NCBI GenBank assembly: GCA_020054095.1
Contig: JAGVMA010000025.1
Span: forward strand, 18,321 to 82,320
Reading direction: 5' to 3'
DNA from: Bacteroidia bacterium
GTDB lineage: Bacteria > Bacteroidota > Bacteroidia > JADZBD01
Length of the DNA: 64,000 nt
Shown: in pieces, positions 29,258 through 40,547 of the stretch
Position numbering within the stretch: position 1 is the stretch's first letter
How the letters are laid out: each line of letters starts with the position of its first letter
Translations under genes and position numbers: made by a program
The notes under the pieces: generated by a model
Database searches by the model: none
Seen by the model: only the letters and a program-made list of their open reading frames with translations
What the model was told of the DNA's origin: nothing

Positions 29258-30607
29258 ATGGCGAATACCGAACTGTTGATGCCCAAAATGGGCGAAAGCG
29301 TTGCAGAGGCAACAATTATAAAATGGCTTAAAAACGAAGGCGATAAAATTGCCATGGACGAACCTGTATTGGAAATTGCAACAGATAAAGTTGATTCAGA
29401 AATTCCATCAACAGCCGAAGGCGTGTTAATTAAAAAACTTTTTAAAGAAGGAGAAGTGGTGCAAGTAGGCAAAGCAGTTGCTCTAATTTCGAGCGATGTG
29501 AATGTTAAAGTCGAGCATCCAAAAGAAACTGCGCCAGTTACAGTTCAAAAAGAAAGCCAGCATACATCTGTACAAAAACAAGTAGCCGAAACAGCGATTG
29601 CAAATATTAAGATAGAAAAGCAATCGGCAGCAGGTAAATTTTATTCGCCATTAGTGCGCAATATTGCTAAAGCAGAGGGCATTGGAATGGAAGAGTTAGA
29701 AACCATTGTAGGCAGCGGGCTTGAAGGAAGAGTTACAAAAAACGATATACTTGCTTATTTGCCAAACAAAGGAAAAGGAAAAACGCTAAGTACAAATCTA
29801 AGTACAAATGGCGCATCCACAAGTGTACAAACCAATAATAGCTCAAGCAGTTCGCAACAAACAGTGGTTGTAAATAAACCTGTAGTATCTGTAAGCGCAG
29901 GCGATGAGATAATTGAAATGGACAGAATGCGAAAACTCATTGCCGATCACATGGTGATGAGCAAACACGTATCGCCACACGTTACATCATTTGTTGAAGC
30001 CGATGTTACTAATCTTGTAATGTGGCGCGATAAAATTAAAAAACAATTTGAAAAACGCGAAGGCGAAAAAATAACTTTCACGCCTGTTTTTATTTGGGCA
30101 GTAATACAAGCCATAAAAGATTTCCCGATGATAAACGTATCGGTAGATGGAACTAAAATCATCCGCAGAAAAAACATAAACATAGGAATGGCCGCAACAT
30201 TACCTACAGGTAATTTAATAGTACCCGTAATTAAAAATGCCGACCACCTTAACTTGCTTGGTTTAACCAAAGCAGTTAACGACTTGGCTAACCGTGCACG
30301 TCAAAACAAGTTACAACCCGATGAAATTTCAGGCGGAACTTATACTTTAACCAATGTGGGTTCGTTTGGAAACGTAATGGGAACACCCATCATAAACCAA
30401 CCACAAGCCGCAATAATGGCAACCGGTGCAATTAAAAAGAAACCGGCAGTAATTGAAACACCTAACGGTGATACAATAGGAATAAGACAGATGATGTTCC
30501 TCTCCCACTCTTACGATCACCGTGTGGTAGATGGTGCACTTGGCGGAAGTTTTGTGAGACGCGTAGCCGATTATTTAGAAAATTTTGATGTGAATACACT
30601 GATTTAA
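29258..30607 (+). CDS. 2-oxoacid dehydrogenase complex E2 component (dihydrolipoyllysine-residue acyltransferase)
   Basis: Lipoyl domain (IATDKVDSEIPS), E3-binding domain, catalytic domain with DHRVVDG. Confidence 0.85.
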   Translation: MANTELLMPKMGESVAEATIIKWLKNEGDKIAMDEPVLEIATDKVDSEIPSTAEGVLIKKLFKEGEVVQVGKAVALISSDVNVKVEHPKETAPVTVQKESQHTSVQKQVAETAIANIKIEKQSAAGKFYSPLVRNIAKAEGIGMEELETIVGSGLEGRVTKNDILAYLPNKGKGKTLSTNLSTNGASTSVQTNNSSSSSQQTVVVNKPVVSVSAGDEIIEMDRMRKLIADHMVMSKHVSPHVTSFVEADVTNLVMWRDKIKKQFEKREGEKITFTPVFIWAVIQAIKDFPMINVSVDGTKIIRRKNINIGMAATLPTGNLIVPVIKNADHLNLLGLTKAVNDLANRARQNKLQPDEISGGTYTLTNVGSFGNVMGTPIINQPQAAIMATGAIKKKPAVIETPNGDTIGIRQMMFLSHSYDHRVVDGALGGSFVRRVADYLENFDVNTLI

Positions 30608-30616
30608 AGAACAGTT

Positions 30617-32878
30617 ATGCGAATAGTAAAACTCATCCTATCAGCACTACTTTTTTCGCAATTATTATGGGCAGGTGCCGATGCCGAATTAAAAAGAAAA
30701 TTTACAGACGCAGAGATTTTTTTTGCTGATTCTAATTATGCTTCGGCACTACCGCTATACTTAGATATATTAAACAGCAAAACCGATAACGCCAATTTAA
30801 AATATAAAATTGGCGTTTGTTATTTACACTCATCAAACGAAAAAAATAAAGCATTCGAGTATCTCGACTTTGCCACAAAAAACACATCAGACAATTGTGA
30901 TGAATCATCCTTCAAAGAAAAAAATGCGCCCGTCATTTGCTTTAAATATTATGCCGATGCTTTGTTGCTCAACTACCGACCTAAAGATGCGCTCACCTAT
31001 TACGAGCGCTTTAAAGAGTACATTCCGGATAATGATAAAGTGATGATAACTGAAGTAACTCAGAAAATGGAATACTGTTACAATGCCATCGAATTGATGA
31101 AATACCCGAAAAATTATATAATAAAAAATTTAGGACAAAAAGTAAATTCAAAATTTGCCGATTACTCTGCTGTTATTTCTGCTGATGAATCAGTGCTGGC
31201 ATTTACCTCCAGAAGAGAAGGTACAAGTGGAGGCAAAATGGATTTTAGAGATAATTTATTTTTTGAAGACATTTATATATCAGCAAAAAACGACACTACT
31301 TGGAACGATGCAAAAAATATAGGTGCGCCAATTAATACTGCCGGGCACGAAGCCACAGTTGCAATATCTGTAGATGGTCAGCAAATTTTAATTTACAAAG
31401 ACGACCAAGGAGATGGAAACATTTACACCACCTCGCTCAGCGGAGATATATGGTCAACTCCACAAAAACTAAACGATTTTATAGATTCAAAATCGTGGGA
31501 ACCAAGTGCATGTTTTACCGCTGACGGACGAACAATTTATTTTGTGAGCAACCGTAAAGGCGGTTATGGCGGGCGCGATATTTACCGATGCGTACTTTTA
31601 CCGAATAACCAATGGAGCTTTCCGCTTAACATGGGGCCTGATGTGAATACCCCGTTTGATGAAGATGCGCCATTTATGCACCCCGATGGTGTAACATTAT
31701 TTTTCAGTTCAAAGGGACATAAATCAATGGGCGGCTTTGATATTTTTTATGTTACTAAAACCGAAACCGGTTGGGAAAAACCTACTAACATCGGCTATCC
31801 GATTAACACAACAGATGACGATTTATTTTACGTGCTATCTGCAAGCGGCAAGCATGCATATTACTCGGCTAACAAACCAGAAGGATTTGGCGACAAAGAT
31901 ATCTACGTTATATCTTACGATACCATTGCAGTTGATCCGGTGGTGCTTGTAAAAGGATTTGTAACAGCAAATGGCTCAGAAAATGTTCCGGAAGACACGA
32001 AGATTACACTCTTCGATCCGGAAACGGGAAATATTATTCAGGAAATAAAACCAAATAAATCAACGGGGAAATATTTATTTACAATGAATACCGTTAAAGG
32101 AAAGAAGAACTATATTTTAAAATACGAAGCGCCCGGCTACAAAACCACATCCGAACCATTTGACATTGATGTGCAATCATCTTATCAAGAAATAGAACGC
32201 CCGGTTGATTTGAGACGCGTGAATATTATGCCAATGGGAATTGGCGCACTATCTGTGTACGGAAAAATTGCCGACATGGAAAACAATGTGATAAAAGGTG
32301 GACGTGTAGTAGTTACAAATTTAACTACCGGCAAAGTTGACACACTGATAAATGCAAATAAAACCACAGGCGTTTATAATTTCATTATCAAAAAAGGAAA
32401 CAACTATAATGTTTCGTTTGAAGCCGATGGTTATTTATTTCACACCGAAAATATTCAATTACCAAAAGAGGAAGGCACAACTGAATTAGAGAAAAACATA
32501 CAACTCGACAAAATTAAACAAGGTGCTAAAATTATATTGAACAATATCTTTTTTGATAATGCAAAAGCTACGCTAAGAAAGGAATCAATGTCTGAACTTG
32601 ATAAACTGCTTGCATTCTTAAAAACAAATTCTGCAATCACCATTGAATTATCAGGCCATACAGACAGCAACGGAAACGATAATGCTAATTTAAAATTATC
32701 GCAAGACAGAGCTCAGGCAGTAGTAAGCTACCTCATTAAAAACGGAATTGACAAAAGCAGATTAGTTGCAAAAGGATATGGCGAAACGCAACCTATTGCC
32801 CCAAACATGGGCGCTGATGGCAAACCCGAAAAAAAGAATATGCAACTCAACCGAAGAGTTGAGATGAAAATTTTATAA
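30617..32878 (+). CDS. OmpA-family protein (TPR, PD40 repeats, carboxypeptidase-regulatory-like domains, OmpA_C). Paralog of 3917..5983
   Basis: Same architecture and OmpA_C signature NIFFDNAKATLR...LSGHTDSNGNDNANLKLSQDRAQAV...NRRVEMKIL. Confidence 0.8.
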   Translation: MRIVKLILSALLFSQLLWAGADAELKRKFTDAEIFFADSNYASALPLYLDILNSKTDNANLKYKIGVCYLHSSNEKNKAFEYLDFATKNTSDNCDESSFKEKNAPVICFKYYADALLLNYRPKDALTYYERFKEYIPDNDKVMITEVTQKMEYCYNAIELMKYPKNYIIKNLGQKVNSKFADYSAVISADESVLAFTSRREGTSGGKMDFRDNLFFEDIYISAKNDTTWNDAKNIGAPINTAGHEATVAISVDGQQILIYKDDQGDGNIYTTSLSGDIWSTPQKLNDFIDSKSWEPSACFTADGRTIYFVSNRKGGYGGRDIYRCVLLPNNQWSFPLNMGPDVNTPFDEDAPFMHPDGVTLFFSSKGHKSMGGFDIFYVTKTETGWEKPTNIGYPINTTDDDLFYVLSASGKHAYYSANKPEGFGDKDIYVISYDTIAVDPVVLVKGFVTANGSENVPEDTKITLFDPETGNIIQEIKPNKSTGKYLFTMNTVKGKKNYILKYEAPGYKTTSEPFDIDVQSSYQEIERPVDLRRVNIMPMGIGALSVYGKIADMENNVIKGGRVVVTNLTTGKVDTLINANKTTGVYNFIIKKGNNYNVSFEADGYLFHTENIQLPKEEGTTELEKNIQLDKIKQGAKIILNNIFFDNAKATLRKESMSELDKLLAFLKTNSAITIELSGHTDSNGNDNANLKLSQDRAQAVVSYLIKNGIDKSRLVAKGYGETQPIAPNMGADGKPEKKNMQLNRRVEMKIL

Positions 32879-32888
32879 TCATTCGTTC

Positions 32889-34919
32889 ATGTTTAATCGT
32901 GCGATTCTCATAGTAACATTTTTGTTTTCCGCTGTACTGTCATCGGCACAAAACAAACGACTGATTGATTCGCTTGAACGGATGTTGCCACAAGGCGATG
33001 ATCTAAAGAAAGTAACACTTTTTGTTGCCTTAGCCGAAGAATACAGATACTACGATTTTTCAAAATCAAAAAACTATTGCAACCAGGCATTGCAAATTGC
33101 TACCGACCTTAACAGCGATACACTGATTGCAAATGCTAACCGACAAATGGGAGCAATATTCAACCAATCGGGCGACTACGAAAGGGCAGTGCAATATCTT
33201 ATAGCAGCACTATCGGTTTACGAAAAACATAAAATTAACCCGGGCATTGCTATGACAAAACTTGGGCTTGGATTATCGTATCAAAATTTAAAAAAGTACG
33301 ATGAGGCACTGAAGTATTATTTTGAAGCACTCGCCATACAAGAAAAAGTTGCAGGCGGCAAAAAAATATTGGCAAATTTATACAACAACATTGCCATCAT
33401 CTATAAATTTAAAAACGATCCTAATTTATCGCTCGATTATAATTTTAAAGCATTAAAAATAAGAGAAGATGCCGGAGACAAAAGAGGTGTGTCATACTCA
33501 TACAACAATATTGGTGTGATATATGAAGATTTAAAAATGCCGAAAAAGGCATTGGAATATCATTACAAATCGCTTGAAATGAAAAAAGCGAATAAAGACT
33601 TAAAAGGAATGGCAAGCAGCCACATTAACATTGCCTCTAACTTGCGAAAAAGCGGCAAAAATGCCGAAGCGGAGCAAAACATAGTGGCTGCAATAAAATA
33701 TGCCGAACAAATAGGAGCTAAAGATTTTATGCTTGATGCCTATGAAGAGGCCGCTAATATTTATAAAGCAATGGGGAAATTTGAATCGTCAACTACTTTT
33801 CTCTCAAAATTTGTTGAACTAAAAGATTCATTATTCACTGAAAAAAACAACAAGCTTGTTGAAGAATTAAAAGTAAAATACGAAAGCGAGAAAAAAGAAG
33901 GTGAAATAGAATTGCTCAAGCAGAACAAAAAATTGAGTGACGACCAACTTGCTGAGTCAAATAAAAGAAATACACTTTTAATTTTACTCGGGCTGGCTTT
34001 GGCGGCTATGGCAGTTTTTGCTTACAGCAGGTATAGGATTAAGCAACGTACCAACGAAAAATTAGAAGTAGCAAACACGCAGTTGCAGCATTTAAATGAG
34101 CTGGTTAACAACCGAAAGCTTGAAATAGAAAAACAGAGTAAAGAAATCCAATTAAAAAACAAAGATATTACCGATAGTATTATCTATGCTAAAAGAATAC
34201 AGAGCGCAATAATGCCTCCACTAAACGAACTTTATCAAACTTTTCCTAATTCATTTGTTTATTACAGCCCGCGAGATATTGTAAGCGGAGATTTTTATTG
34301 GTACTCATCATCGGGCGAGACTATGTTAATTGCTTGTGCAGATTGTACAGGTCATGGCGTTCCGGGTGCATTTATGAGCATGATATGTGTGCAAATATTA
34401 AACTTGGTGGTGAAAAACAGCAATGTAACTGCTCCTGAACAAGCGTTGCAATTACTGGATTACGGTGTGCGTAAAGCGTTGCGACAAAGCGGTGCTGATA
34501 ATGATACTACTGATGGGATGGATGTGGCACTGTGTGCCATACATTTAGAAAAGGGATTAATACAGTATTCCGGAGCTTATAGGCCGCTGTATATTATACG
34601 CGATAACAATCTATTAGAGTTTACTGCAAATAAATTTTCAATAGGCGGACACAAGCAAATTGAAAAAAAATTTACCGGACACGAAATAAAATTTCTGAAA
34701 GGTGATAAGGTATATATGTTTACCGATGGTTATGCCGATCAATTTGGAGGACCCGATGGTAAAAAGTATAAAATAAAAAATTTCAAGAAAATGCTTTCGT
34801 CCATTTCGCACCTGCCAATGGCTGAGCAAAATAAAAAAATAGAAGCCGAGTTAAAAAATTGGAAAGGCGAACACGAACAATTAGACGATATACTTGTAAT
34901 TGGATTTGAAGTAAACTAA
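32889..34919 (+). CDS. TPR-sensor / PP2C-type (SpoIIE, RsbU-like) serine phosphatase
   Basis: Signal peptide, TPRs, TM, coiled-coil, then SpoIIE domain (GDFYWY, DCTGHGVPGA, FTDGYADQFGG). Confidence 0.8.
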   Translation: MFNRAILIVTFLFSAVLSSAQNKRLIDSLERMLPQGDDLKKVTLFVALAEEYRYYDFSKSKNYCNQALQIATDLNSDTLIANANRQMGAIFNQSGDYERAVQYLIAALSVYEKHKINPGIAMTKLGLGLSYQNLKKYDEALKYYFEALAIQEKVAGGKKILANLYNNIAIIYKFKNDPNLSLDYNFKALKIREDAGDKRGVSYSYNNIGVIYEDLKMPKKALEYHYKSLEMKKANKDLKGMASSHINIASNLRKSGKNAEAEQNIVAAIKYAEQIGAKDFMLDAYEEAANIYKAMGKFESSTTFLSKFVELKDSLFTEKNNKLVEELKVKYESEKKEGEIELLKQNKKLSDDQLAESNKRNTLLILLGLALAAMAVFAYSRYRIKQRTNEKLEVANTQLQHLNELVNNRKLEIEKQSKEIQLKNKDITDSIIYAKRIQSAIMPPLNELYQTFPNSFVYYSPRDIVSGDFYWYSSSGETMLIACADCTGHGVPGAFMSMICVQILNLVVKNSNVTAPEQALQLLDYGVRKALRQSGADNDTTDGMDVALCAIHLEKGLIQYSGAYRPLYIIRDNNLLEFTANKFSIGGHKQIEKKFTGHEIKFLKGDKVYMFTDGYADQFGGPDGKKYKIKNFKKMLSSISHLPMAEQNKKIEAELKNWKGEHEQLDDILVIGFEVN

Positions 34920-35800
34920 TAAGGTGTAAAAACCGAAGTGTCCTTTTTTATTGTAGGAATAATACTCAAAACCGGAATATCAGAATTGGTAATTATTTCC
35001 TGAGCCGATGAGCCAATGAAATAAGGGGTAAACTCTACCTCTTGCTGAGTCATTATCATTATCAAATCACCTTCCACTCGCTTTGAATAATCAACTACAT
35101 AATGCGCCAAATTACCTTCCGATTTACGTCCTTTTATTAATTCGGCAGTGCACTTTACTCCCGCTTTATCAATAAAAGTTTTTACTTGCCCTAATTGGCG
35201 AACTAATCTGTTTAAAATAAATTCATCTGTGGTAAATAAAACCGAAACCACACGAATTACGGCTCCGTTGTATAAGTTAGAAAGCCATAATGCTTTGCTA
35301 ACTTTTTCTTTTGTCTCTTTTGTTAAATCGAGCGGCAACACAATATTACTGCAACCTTGCCGGTGATGCTTACCTTTTATGGAAATAACCGGCACCGCAG
35401 ATTGTTTTACTACCTTCACAGTATTTGAGCCGAGTAGTTTTCTTTTTAGTCCCTCCGCCCCATTGCAGCCCATTACAATAAAAACAGCGTTTAGCATTTC
35501 TGCCACTTCGCTTATTTTATCATACGCTGTACCGTAACCAATCATTGTTTCAATCGCAAAACTTGTTTCATTTTTTGCCTCAGCCACTAATTTATCCAAT
35601 TCTTGCTGTGCATGTTTTTTCATCTGCTCTTTTTGCTCTGGCGATAAAAAGTTAGCAACAAAACCGCTGTCATCTATTACATGTAGCAGCACAATTTCGG
35701 CTCCAATTTGTTTTGACAGGTTATACGCTTGACCAAGCGCCACGTGCGATTGCTCAGAGAAATCTACAGCTACAAGTACTTTCTTTTGCGATGTGCTCAT
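34916..35800 (-). CDS. Universal stress protein (tandem UspA domains)
   Basis: Two Usp-like halves (VLVAVDFSEQS..., ...GSSAQEIITNSDIPVLSI). Confidence 0.75.
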   Translation of the reverse strand: MSTSQKKVLVAVDFSEQSHVALGQAYNLSKQIGAEIVLLHVIDDSGFVANFLSPEQKEQMKKHAQQELDKLVAEAKNETSFAIETMIGYGTAYDKISEVAEMLNAVFIVMGCNGAEGLKRKLLGSNTVKVVKQSAVPVISIKGKHHRQGCSNIVLPLDLTKETKEKVSKALWLSNLYNGAVIRVVSVLFTTDEFILNRLVRQLGQVKTFIDKAGVKCTAELIKGRKSEGNLAHYVVDYSKRVEGDLIMIMTQQEVEFTPYFIGSSAQEIITNSDIPVLSIIPTIKKDTSVFTPY

Positions 35801-35895
35801 ATACTTTCGGGTGTTATATCTTCACTAAAATAAGTATTAAACAACTTGTTAATTGCTATTTTTTCTGAAATTAGCAACATAATTATTAACCAAAT

Positions 35896-36768
35896 ATGAT
35901 TGCTGAAACCGAACTTATTTTAACGCCACAGGGCTGTATTTATCACCTGAATTTAAAACCCGAAAATATTGCCGACAGTATTATTGTTGTGGGCGACCAA
36001 TCGCGTGTTGCAGATATTTCAAAGCATTTTGATGAAATAGAATTTCAAACACAAAACAGAGAATTTGTAACGCATACAGGAGTGTATAAAGGCAAAAGAA
36101 TTACTGCGCTATCAACCGGTATAGGCACCGATAATATTGATATTGTGCTAAACGAGCTAGACGCATTGGCAAATATTGATTTAAAAACACGTGAAATAAA
36201 TGCGAAAAAAAAATCGTTGAACATTGTTCGCATTGGTACATCCGGAGCGCTGCAAAAAGCAATTGAAATTGATACTTATGTAGCCTCATCGCACGGAATT
36301 GGTTTTGATGGCTTACTGAATTACTACGATGCCCTTGATACAGTAAATGAAAACGAGATTAGCGAGGAATTTATTAGGCAAACAAATTGGCAAAAAAAAT
36401 TGCCCTATCCTTACATTGTATCTGCTGATGTAGGTTTATTAAAAATTGTTGGTGCAGATTATCGCCAAGGAATTACGGCTACAGCTCCAGGCTTTTATGG
36501 CCCTCAGGGTCGTACATTAAGGCTAAATCCGTTAATGCCTGATTTAAACGAAAAATTAACCGACTTCTCTTTTCAAAATTATAAAATAACAAACTTTGAA
36601 ATGGAGACTTCAGCGCTCTACGGTTTATCAAAACACATGGGACACAGAGCGTGCACGGTATGTGTTATAGTTGCAAATAGAATTACCAAAACATTTACAA
36701 AAAATTACCATCCGGCAATGGACAAGTTAATTGTTCAAACCCTCGACAGATTAACAACTATCGGTTAA
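35896..36768 (+). CDS. Nucleoside phosphorylase family protein (PNP/UDP type 1)
   Basis: GDQSRVADI, LSTGIGTDNIDIVLNEL, GTSGAL and EMETSAL motifs. Confidence 0.65.
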   Translation: MIAETELILTPQGCIYHLNLKPENIADSIIVVGDQSRVADISKHFDEIEFQTQNREFVTHTGVYKGKRITALSTGIGTDNIDIVLNELDALANIDLKTREINAKKKSLNIVRIGTSGALQKAIEIDTYVASSHGIGFDGLLNYYDALDTVNENEISEEFIRQTNWQKKLPYPYIVSADVGLLKIVGADYRQGITATAPGFYGPQGRTLRLNPLMPDLNEKLTDFSFQNYKITNFEMETSALYGLSKHMGHRACTVCVIVANRITKTFTKNYHPAMDKLIVQTLDRLTTIG

Positions 36769-36821
36769 AAAGTAAAATTGCCGCCAACATGTATTTGCTT
36801 TATCCCCACTAAATTTGAATA

Positions 36822-37688
36822 GTGGAAAAAGCAGAAATACAAGCACTCATTAGTTTATTAGATGATCCTGATGCTATAATTTTTGAGCAAATCAGAGACA
36901 AACTACTTTCCATCGGCCAGGACGCAATACCGGCATTAGAAAACGCTTGGGAAAATTCGTTTGATACGGTAATACAAAATCGAATTGAGCTTATTATTCA
37001 TAAAATTCAATTTAAAGAAATACAGGCAGCGCTGAGGATGTGGGCTAAGCCCGAAAATCAAAAACTACTTGATGGTGCTATTTTAATAGCGCGTTACCAA
37101 TACCCCGATTTGGATGTTGAAAAAATATATACGAAAATCCAACAAATAAAACAAGATGTGTGGCTTGAGTTGAATGATAATTTAACTGCATTAGAAAAAG
37201 TAAAAATCATTAATCATCTGCTTTTTGATGTACACGGATTTAGCGGCAACACAACCAACTATCATGCTCCGCAAAATTCATACATCAACAATGTACTTGA
37301 AAGCAAGAAGGGAAATCCACTTTCAGTATCTATGCTTTATTCTATTATAGCTCAAGATTTGCAAATACCAATTTATGGAGTAAATCTTCCCGAGCATTTT
37401 GTACTTGCTTATGTTGATATGCACAACAATATTTTTGATCAAACGAATGAATTTGGAAATTCAGTTTTATTTTATGTTAATGCATTTAGCCGAGGAACCG
37501 TGTTCAGTAAAGGCGAAATAGATTCCTTTTTAAAACAGTTGAAATTGCAGCCACAAGCTATTTTTTATGAGCCGTGCTCAAATCTTGACATGATAAAACG
37601 GCAAATAAGAAATTTAATTAACTCTTATGAAAAGTTGGGCTACCCCGATAAAGTAAGAGAGCTTGAAAGTTTGATTGCCATTATTTAA
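36822..37688 (+). CDS. Transglutaminase-like (Transglut_core2-type) family protein
   Basis: Pattern ...NYHAPQNSYINNVLESKKGNPLSVSMLYSIIAQ... GTG start. Confidence 0.45.
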   Translation: MEKAEIQALISLLDDPDAIIFEQIRDKLLSIGQDAIPALENAWENSFDTVIQNRIELIIHKIQFKEIQAALRMWAKPENQKLLDGAILIARYQYPDLDVEKIYTKIQQIKQDVWLELNDNLTALEKVKIINHLLFDVHGFSGNTTNYHAPQNSYINNVLESKKGNPLSVSMLYSIIAQDLQIPIYGVNLPEHFVLAYVDMHNNIFDQTNEFGNSVLFYVNAFSRGTVFSKGEIDSFLKQLKLQPQAIFYEPCSNLDMIKRQIRNLINSYEKLGYPDKVRELESLIAII

Positions 37689-38271
37689 TAACTTTAATAA
37701 TGGTTTTAAAAATAATTTTAATATCTGAAAGTAAATTATTTTCCCTCACGTATTTCAAATTAAGTGCAAGTTTAGCAGGCATAATTTTATGAATGTAATC
37801 CACCTCCGGATTGTCAGACTTACCTAAAATTTCATTTTCGTTCACATACTCAATTGAAGCATAATCGGTGATGCCGGGTTTTATTTCTAAAACTTTTTGT
37901 TGTTCTGCAGAATACATGTCTACATATTTTCTCACTTCAGGGCGAGGGCCAACTAAACTCATATCGCCAATCAGGACATTAATCAACTGTGGCAATTCAT
38001 CAATTTTATATTTACGCAAGTAGTATCCAATTTTTGTAACCCTATTGTCTTTTCCTCCAATCGTTAGCAACCCTTGTTTATCAGAATTAACAAGCATTGT
38101 TCTAAATTTAAATAGAAAAAAATCTTTGTTATAACAACCTACTCTGCTTTGCAAATAAAAAACAGGAAACCCACTATCAATAAATACTAAAATGCCTATT
38201 AAAACAAAAAATGGAGACAGCAGGAGTAACCCAAAGAATGAAAAGAAAATATCGAACAGGCGCTTTAACAC
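37681..38271 (-). CDS. Initiating sugar phosphotransferase (bacterial sugar transferase, WbaP/PglC-like)
   Basis: FKFRTM, DELPQLINVL.GDMSLVGPRP signature. Single N-terminal TM. Confidence 0.85.
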   Translation of the reverse strand: MLKRLFDIFFSFFGLLLLSPFFVLIGILVFIDSGFPVFYLQSRVGCYNKDFFLFKFRTMLVNSDKQGLLTIGGKDNRVTKIGYYLRKYKIDELPQLINVLIGDMSLVGPRPEVRKYVDMYSAEQQKVLEIKPGITDYASIEYVNENEILGKSDNPEVDYIHKIMPAKLALNLKYVRENNLLSDIKIIFKTIIKVIK

Positions 38272-39479
38272 TAAATAGTTTTATTTACTGCTCCTACAAC
38301 AGCGTCAATAATCAACTTAATTTGCTCATTAGTTAAATCAAAAAAAACAGGTAAAGAAATTTCGCGCGAAAAATTACTGTACGTAATAGGATAATTTTTT
38401 ATGTCATACCCCATTGATTTGTAAAAACTCATCACCGGAACTGGAATAAAATGTACGTTCACTGAAACATCTGCATCAAATATTTTCTGAATAATTGCAT
38501 CGCGCTGATGTTCTGTTATATTTTTAATTCGAATCGGATAAAGGTGATAAGATGTTTCTGCAATGTCATTTTTTAATACCGGTATTTCTGCCCAATCATA
38601 CTCGCTAAATGCTGAAGAATACGCTTCGCAGATTTCTTTCCTGCGTTTTAAAGTATCGCTGTAGCGAGCCAGTTCAATTAAGCCAATAGCAGCCGATAAG
38701 TCCGTCATGTTACATTTATAGCCAGCTTCAATAATATCGTACTTCCAATTTCCTTTTTGCATTTTTGCCAATGCATCTTTGTTTTGGCCGTGCAATGTTT
38801 TTACACATAAATATTTATATATTTCATCGTTATTCAATGGCTCGGGTAAGTTTAACGCAATGGCACCACCTTCGGCAGTGGTTAAATTTTTAACGGCATG
38901 AAAAGAAAAAACCGAAACATCTGTTAAGCTACCTGTAAGTTTGCCATCATAAGTTGCACCAATGGAATGTGCGGCATCGCTCAGTACTAAAATTCGATTT
39001 AGATTTTTTTGTTCATCTGTAGCTGCAACAAATTTTGATTTAATATCCAAGCGATTAACCAGATGATTAATTTTATTGTAGTCGCATGGATAACCGCCAA
39101 AGTCAACGGGCATTATAACTTTTGTTCTACTTGTAATTGCTTTTTCTATTTCAGTAACCGAAATATTAAAATCATCGGGGTTTACATCTACAAAAATAAC
39201 TTTTGCACCGCAGTGCACTACCACATTAGCAGTAGCCGAATAGGTATAAGCCGGTAAAATAACTTCATCGCCTGCGCCTACTCCATACCAGCGCAAAATA
39301 ATTTCAAGGCCGGCAGTAGCAGAGTTAAGGCACAGTGTGGACTTACTACCGGTGTATGCAGTTAATTTTTTTTCAAAATCTTTTGTTCTCGGTCCGGTAG
39401 TTATCCATCCCGACTTTAATGCAGTAGTAACTTCATCAATAATTTTCTGATCAATGTGTGGTGGTGAAAATGGTATCAT
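38271..39479 (-). CDS. DegT/DnrJ/EryC1/StrS-family PLP-dependent sugar aminotransferase
   Basis: Full-length 402 aa. PLP-lysine region SFHAVKNLTTAEGG. Confidence 0.85.
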   Translation of the reverse strand: MIPFSPPHIDQKIIDEVTTALKSGWITTGPRTKDFEKKLTAYTGSKSTLCLNSATAGLEIILRWYGVGAGDEVILPAYTYSATANVVVHCGAKVIFVDVNPDDFNISVTEIEKAITSRTKVIMPVDFGGYPCDYNKINHLVNRLDIKSKFVAATDEQKNLNRILVLSDAAHSIGATYDGKLTGSLTDVSVFSFHAVKNLTTAEGGAIALNLPEPLNNDEIYKYLCVKTLHGQNKDALAKMQKGNWKYDIIEAGYKCNMTDLSAAIGLIELARYSDTLKRRKEICEAYSSAFSEYDWAEIPVLKNDIAETSYHLYPIRIKNITEHQRDAIIQKIFDADVSVNVHFIPVPVMSFYKSMGYDIKNYPITYSNFSREISLPVFFDLTNEQIKLIIDAVVGAVNKTI

Positions 39480-40490
39480 TTAGCGCGTAAGTTTTGATTT
39501 TCTTGAATTTGGTTTTCTGTTTAAAATTATAAAATTTAATAGTCCTTCTATATAACCCAAGCCATAGCTTATATGCAAGATTAAAAATGTCCAAACGGTT
39601 GCAAATGGTTTTCGTTTAGATAAAATATTCGATAGTGCGGCAAATAATGCTGTAAATAAATAAACAAATAATACAGCTATATATACAATTGAAATATATA
39701 TTGAAAAAAACGATGCGATAATTCCCATGAAAAGAAACAATACAAAACAAGCAGGAACCAGTTGCCTGATGGTTGTAATTGAATTATGCTTTTTATTTAC
39801 AAATACTTTCCAGTAGCCATATTGAAAATATTGGTGAAATAATTTACTGAATGATGAACGAACATAGTAAGTGGATTTTATTTCAGGATTGAGATAAATT
39901 TTGAATCCACTTTTTAATATGCGGTAATTAAATTCATCGTCCTGGTTGCGCGTTAAATCTTCGTCAAAATAGCCACACTTATCAAAAACATTTTTTTTAT
40001 ACGCTCCAAATGCAACAGTATCAACATATCCCACTTTGTTGCCTGTTCTAAAGTGTGCATTGCCTACACCAAAGGAGGATGACATTGCTGCTGCAATAGT
40101 TGAAGTAGTATCATCTTCTGAAACGCTATTCAAAATTCCGCCAACACAACCGATAGAATTGTCAATTGAAAATGTGTCAACACATTTAGAAACATAATCA
40201 GGGGCAATTTCAGCATGTGCTCCTAAAATTATTGCGATGTCAAACTCGCGGCAGTTTATTCCAAGGTTGAGCGCAAATGGAGCCGTTTGCATTAAATTGT
40301 CAACGCGTTTTATGAAAGGATATTTATTTTCAAAGTCGGCAATTATATTTCGGGTTTTATCGGTACTCATTCCATCGCAAACTGCTACAAATAGTTTATC
40401 TTGAGGATAATCTGAATTAACGATTGACTGTAAGCACCTTGCAATATACTTCTCCTCATTACGGCATGGTATAGATATGGTTACATTCAT
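39480..40490 (-). CDS. Family 2 glycosyltransferase
   Basis: ISIPCRNEEKYI...VAVCDGMSTD, with C-terminal TMs. Confidence 0.8.
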   Translation of the reverse strand: MNVTISIPCRNEEKYIARCLQSIVNSDYPQDKLFVAVCDGMSTDKTRNIIADFENKYPFIKRVDNLMQTAPFALNLGINCREFDIAIILGAHAEIAPDYVSKCVDTFSIDNSIGCVGGILNSVSEDDTTSTIAAAMSSSFGVGNAHFRTGNKVGYVDTVAFGAYKKNVFDKCGYFDEDLTRNQDDEFNYRILKSGFKIYLNPEIKSTYYVRSSFSKLFHQYFQYGYWKVFVNKKHNSITTIRQLVPACFVLFLFMGIIASFFSIYISIVYIAVLFVYLFTALFAALSNILSKRKPFATVWTFLILHISYGLGYIEGLLNFIILNRKPNSRKSKLTR

Positions 40491-40547
40491 TAAAGAATAA
40501 ATATATTTGTAAAAATTAAGACAAATATACTTACTTAGCAGGGATAG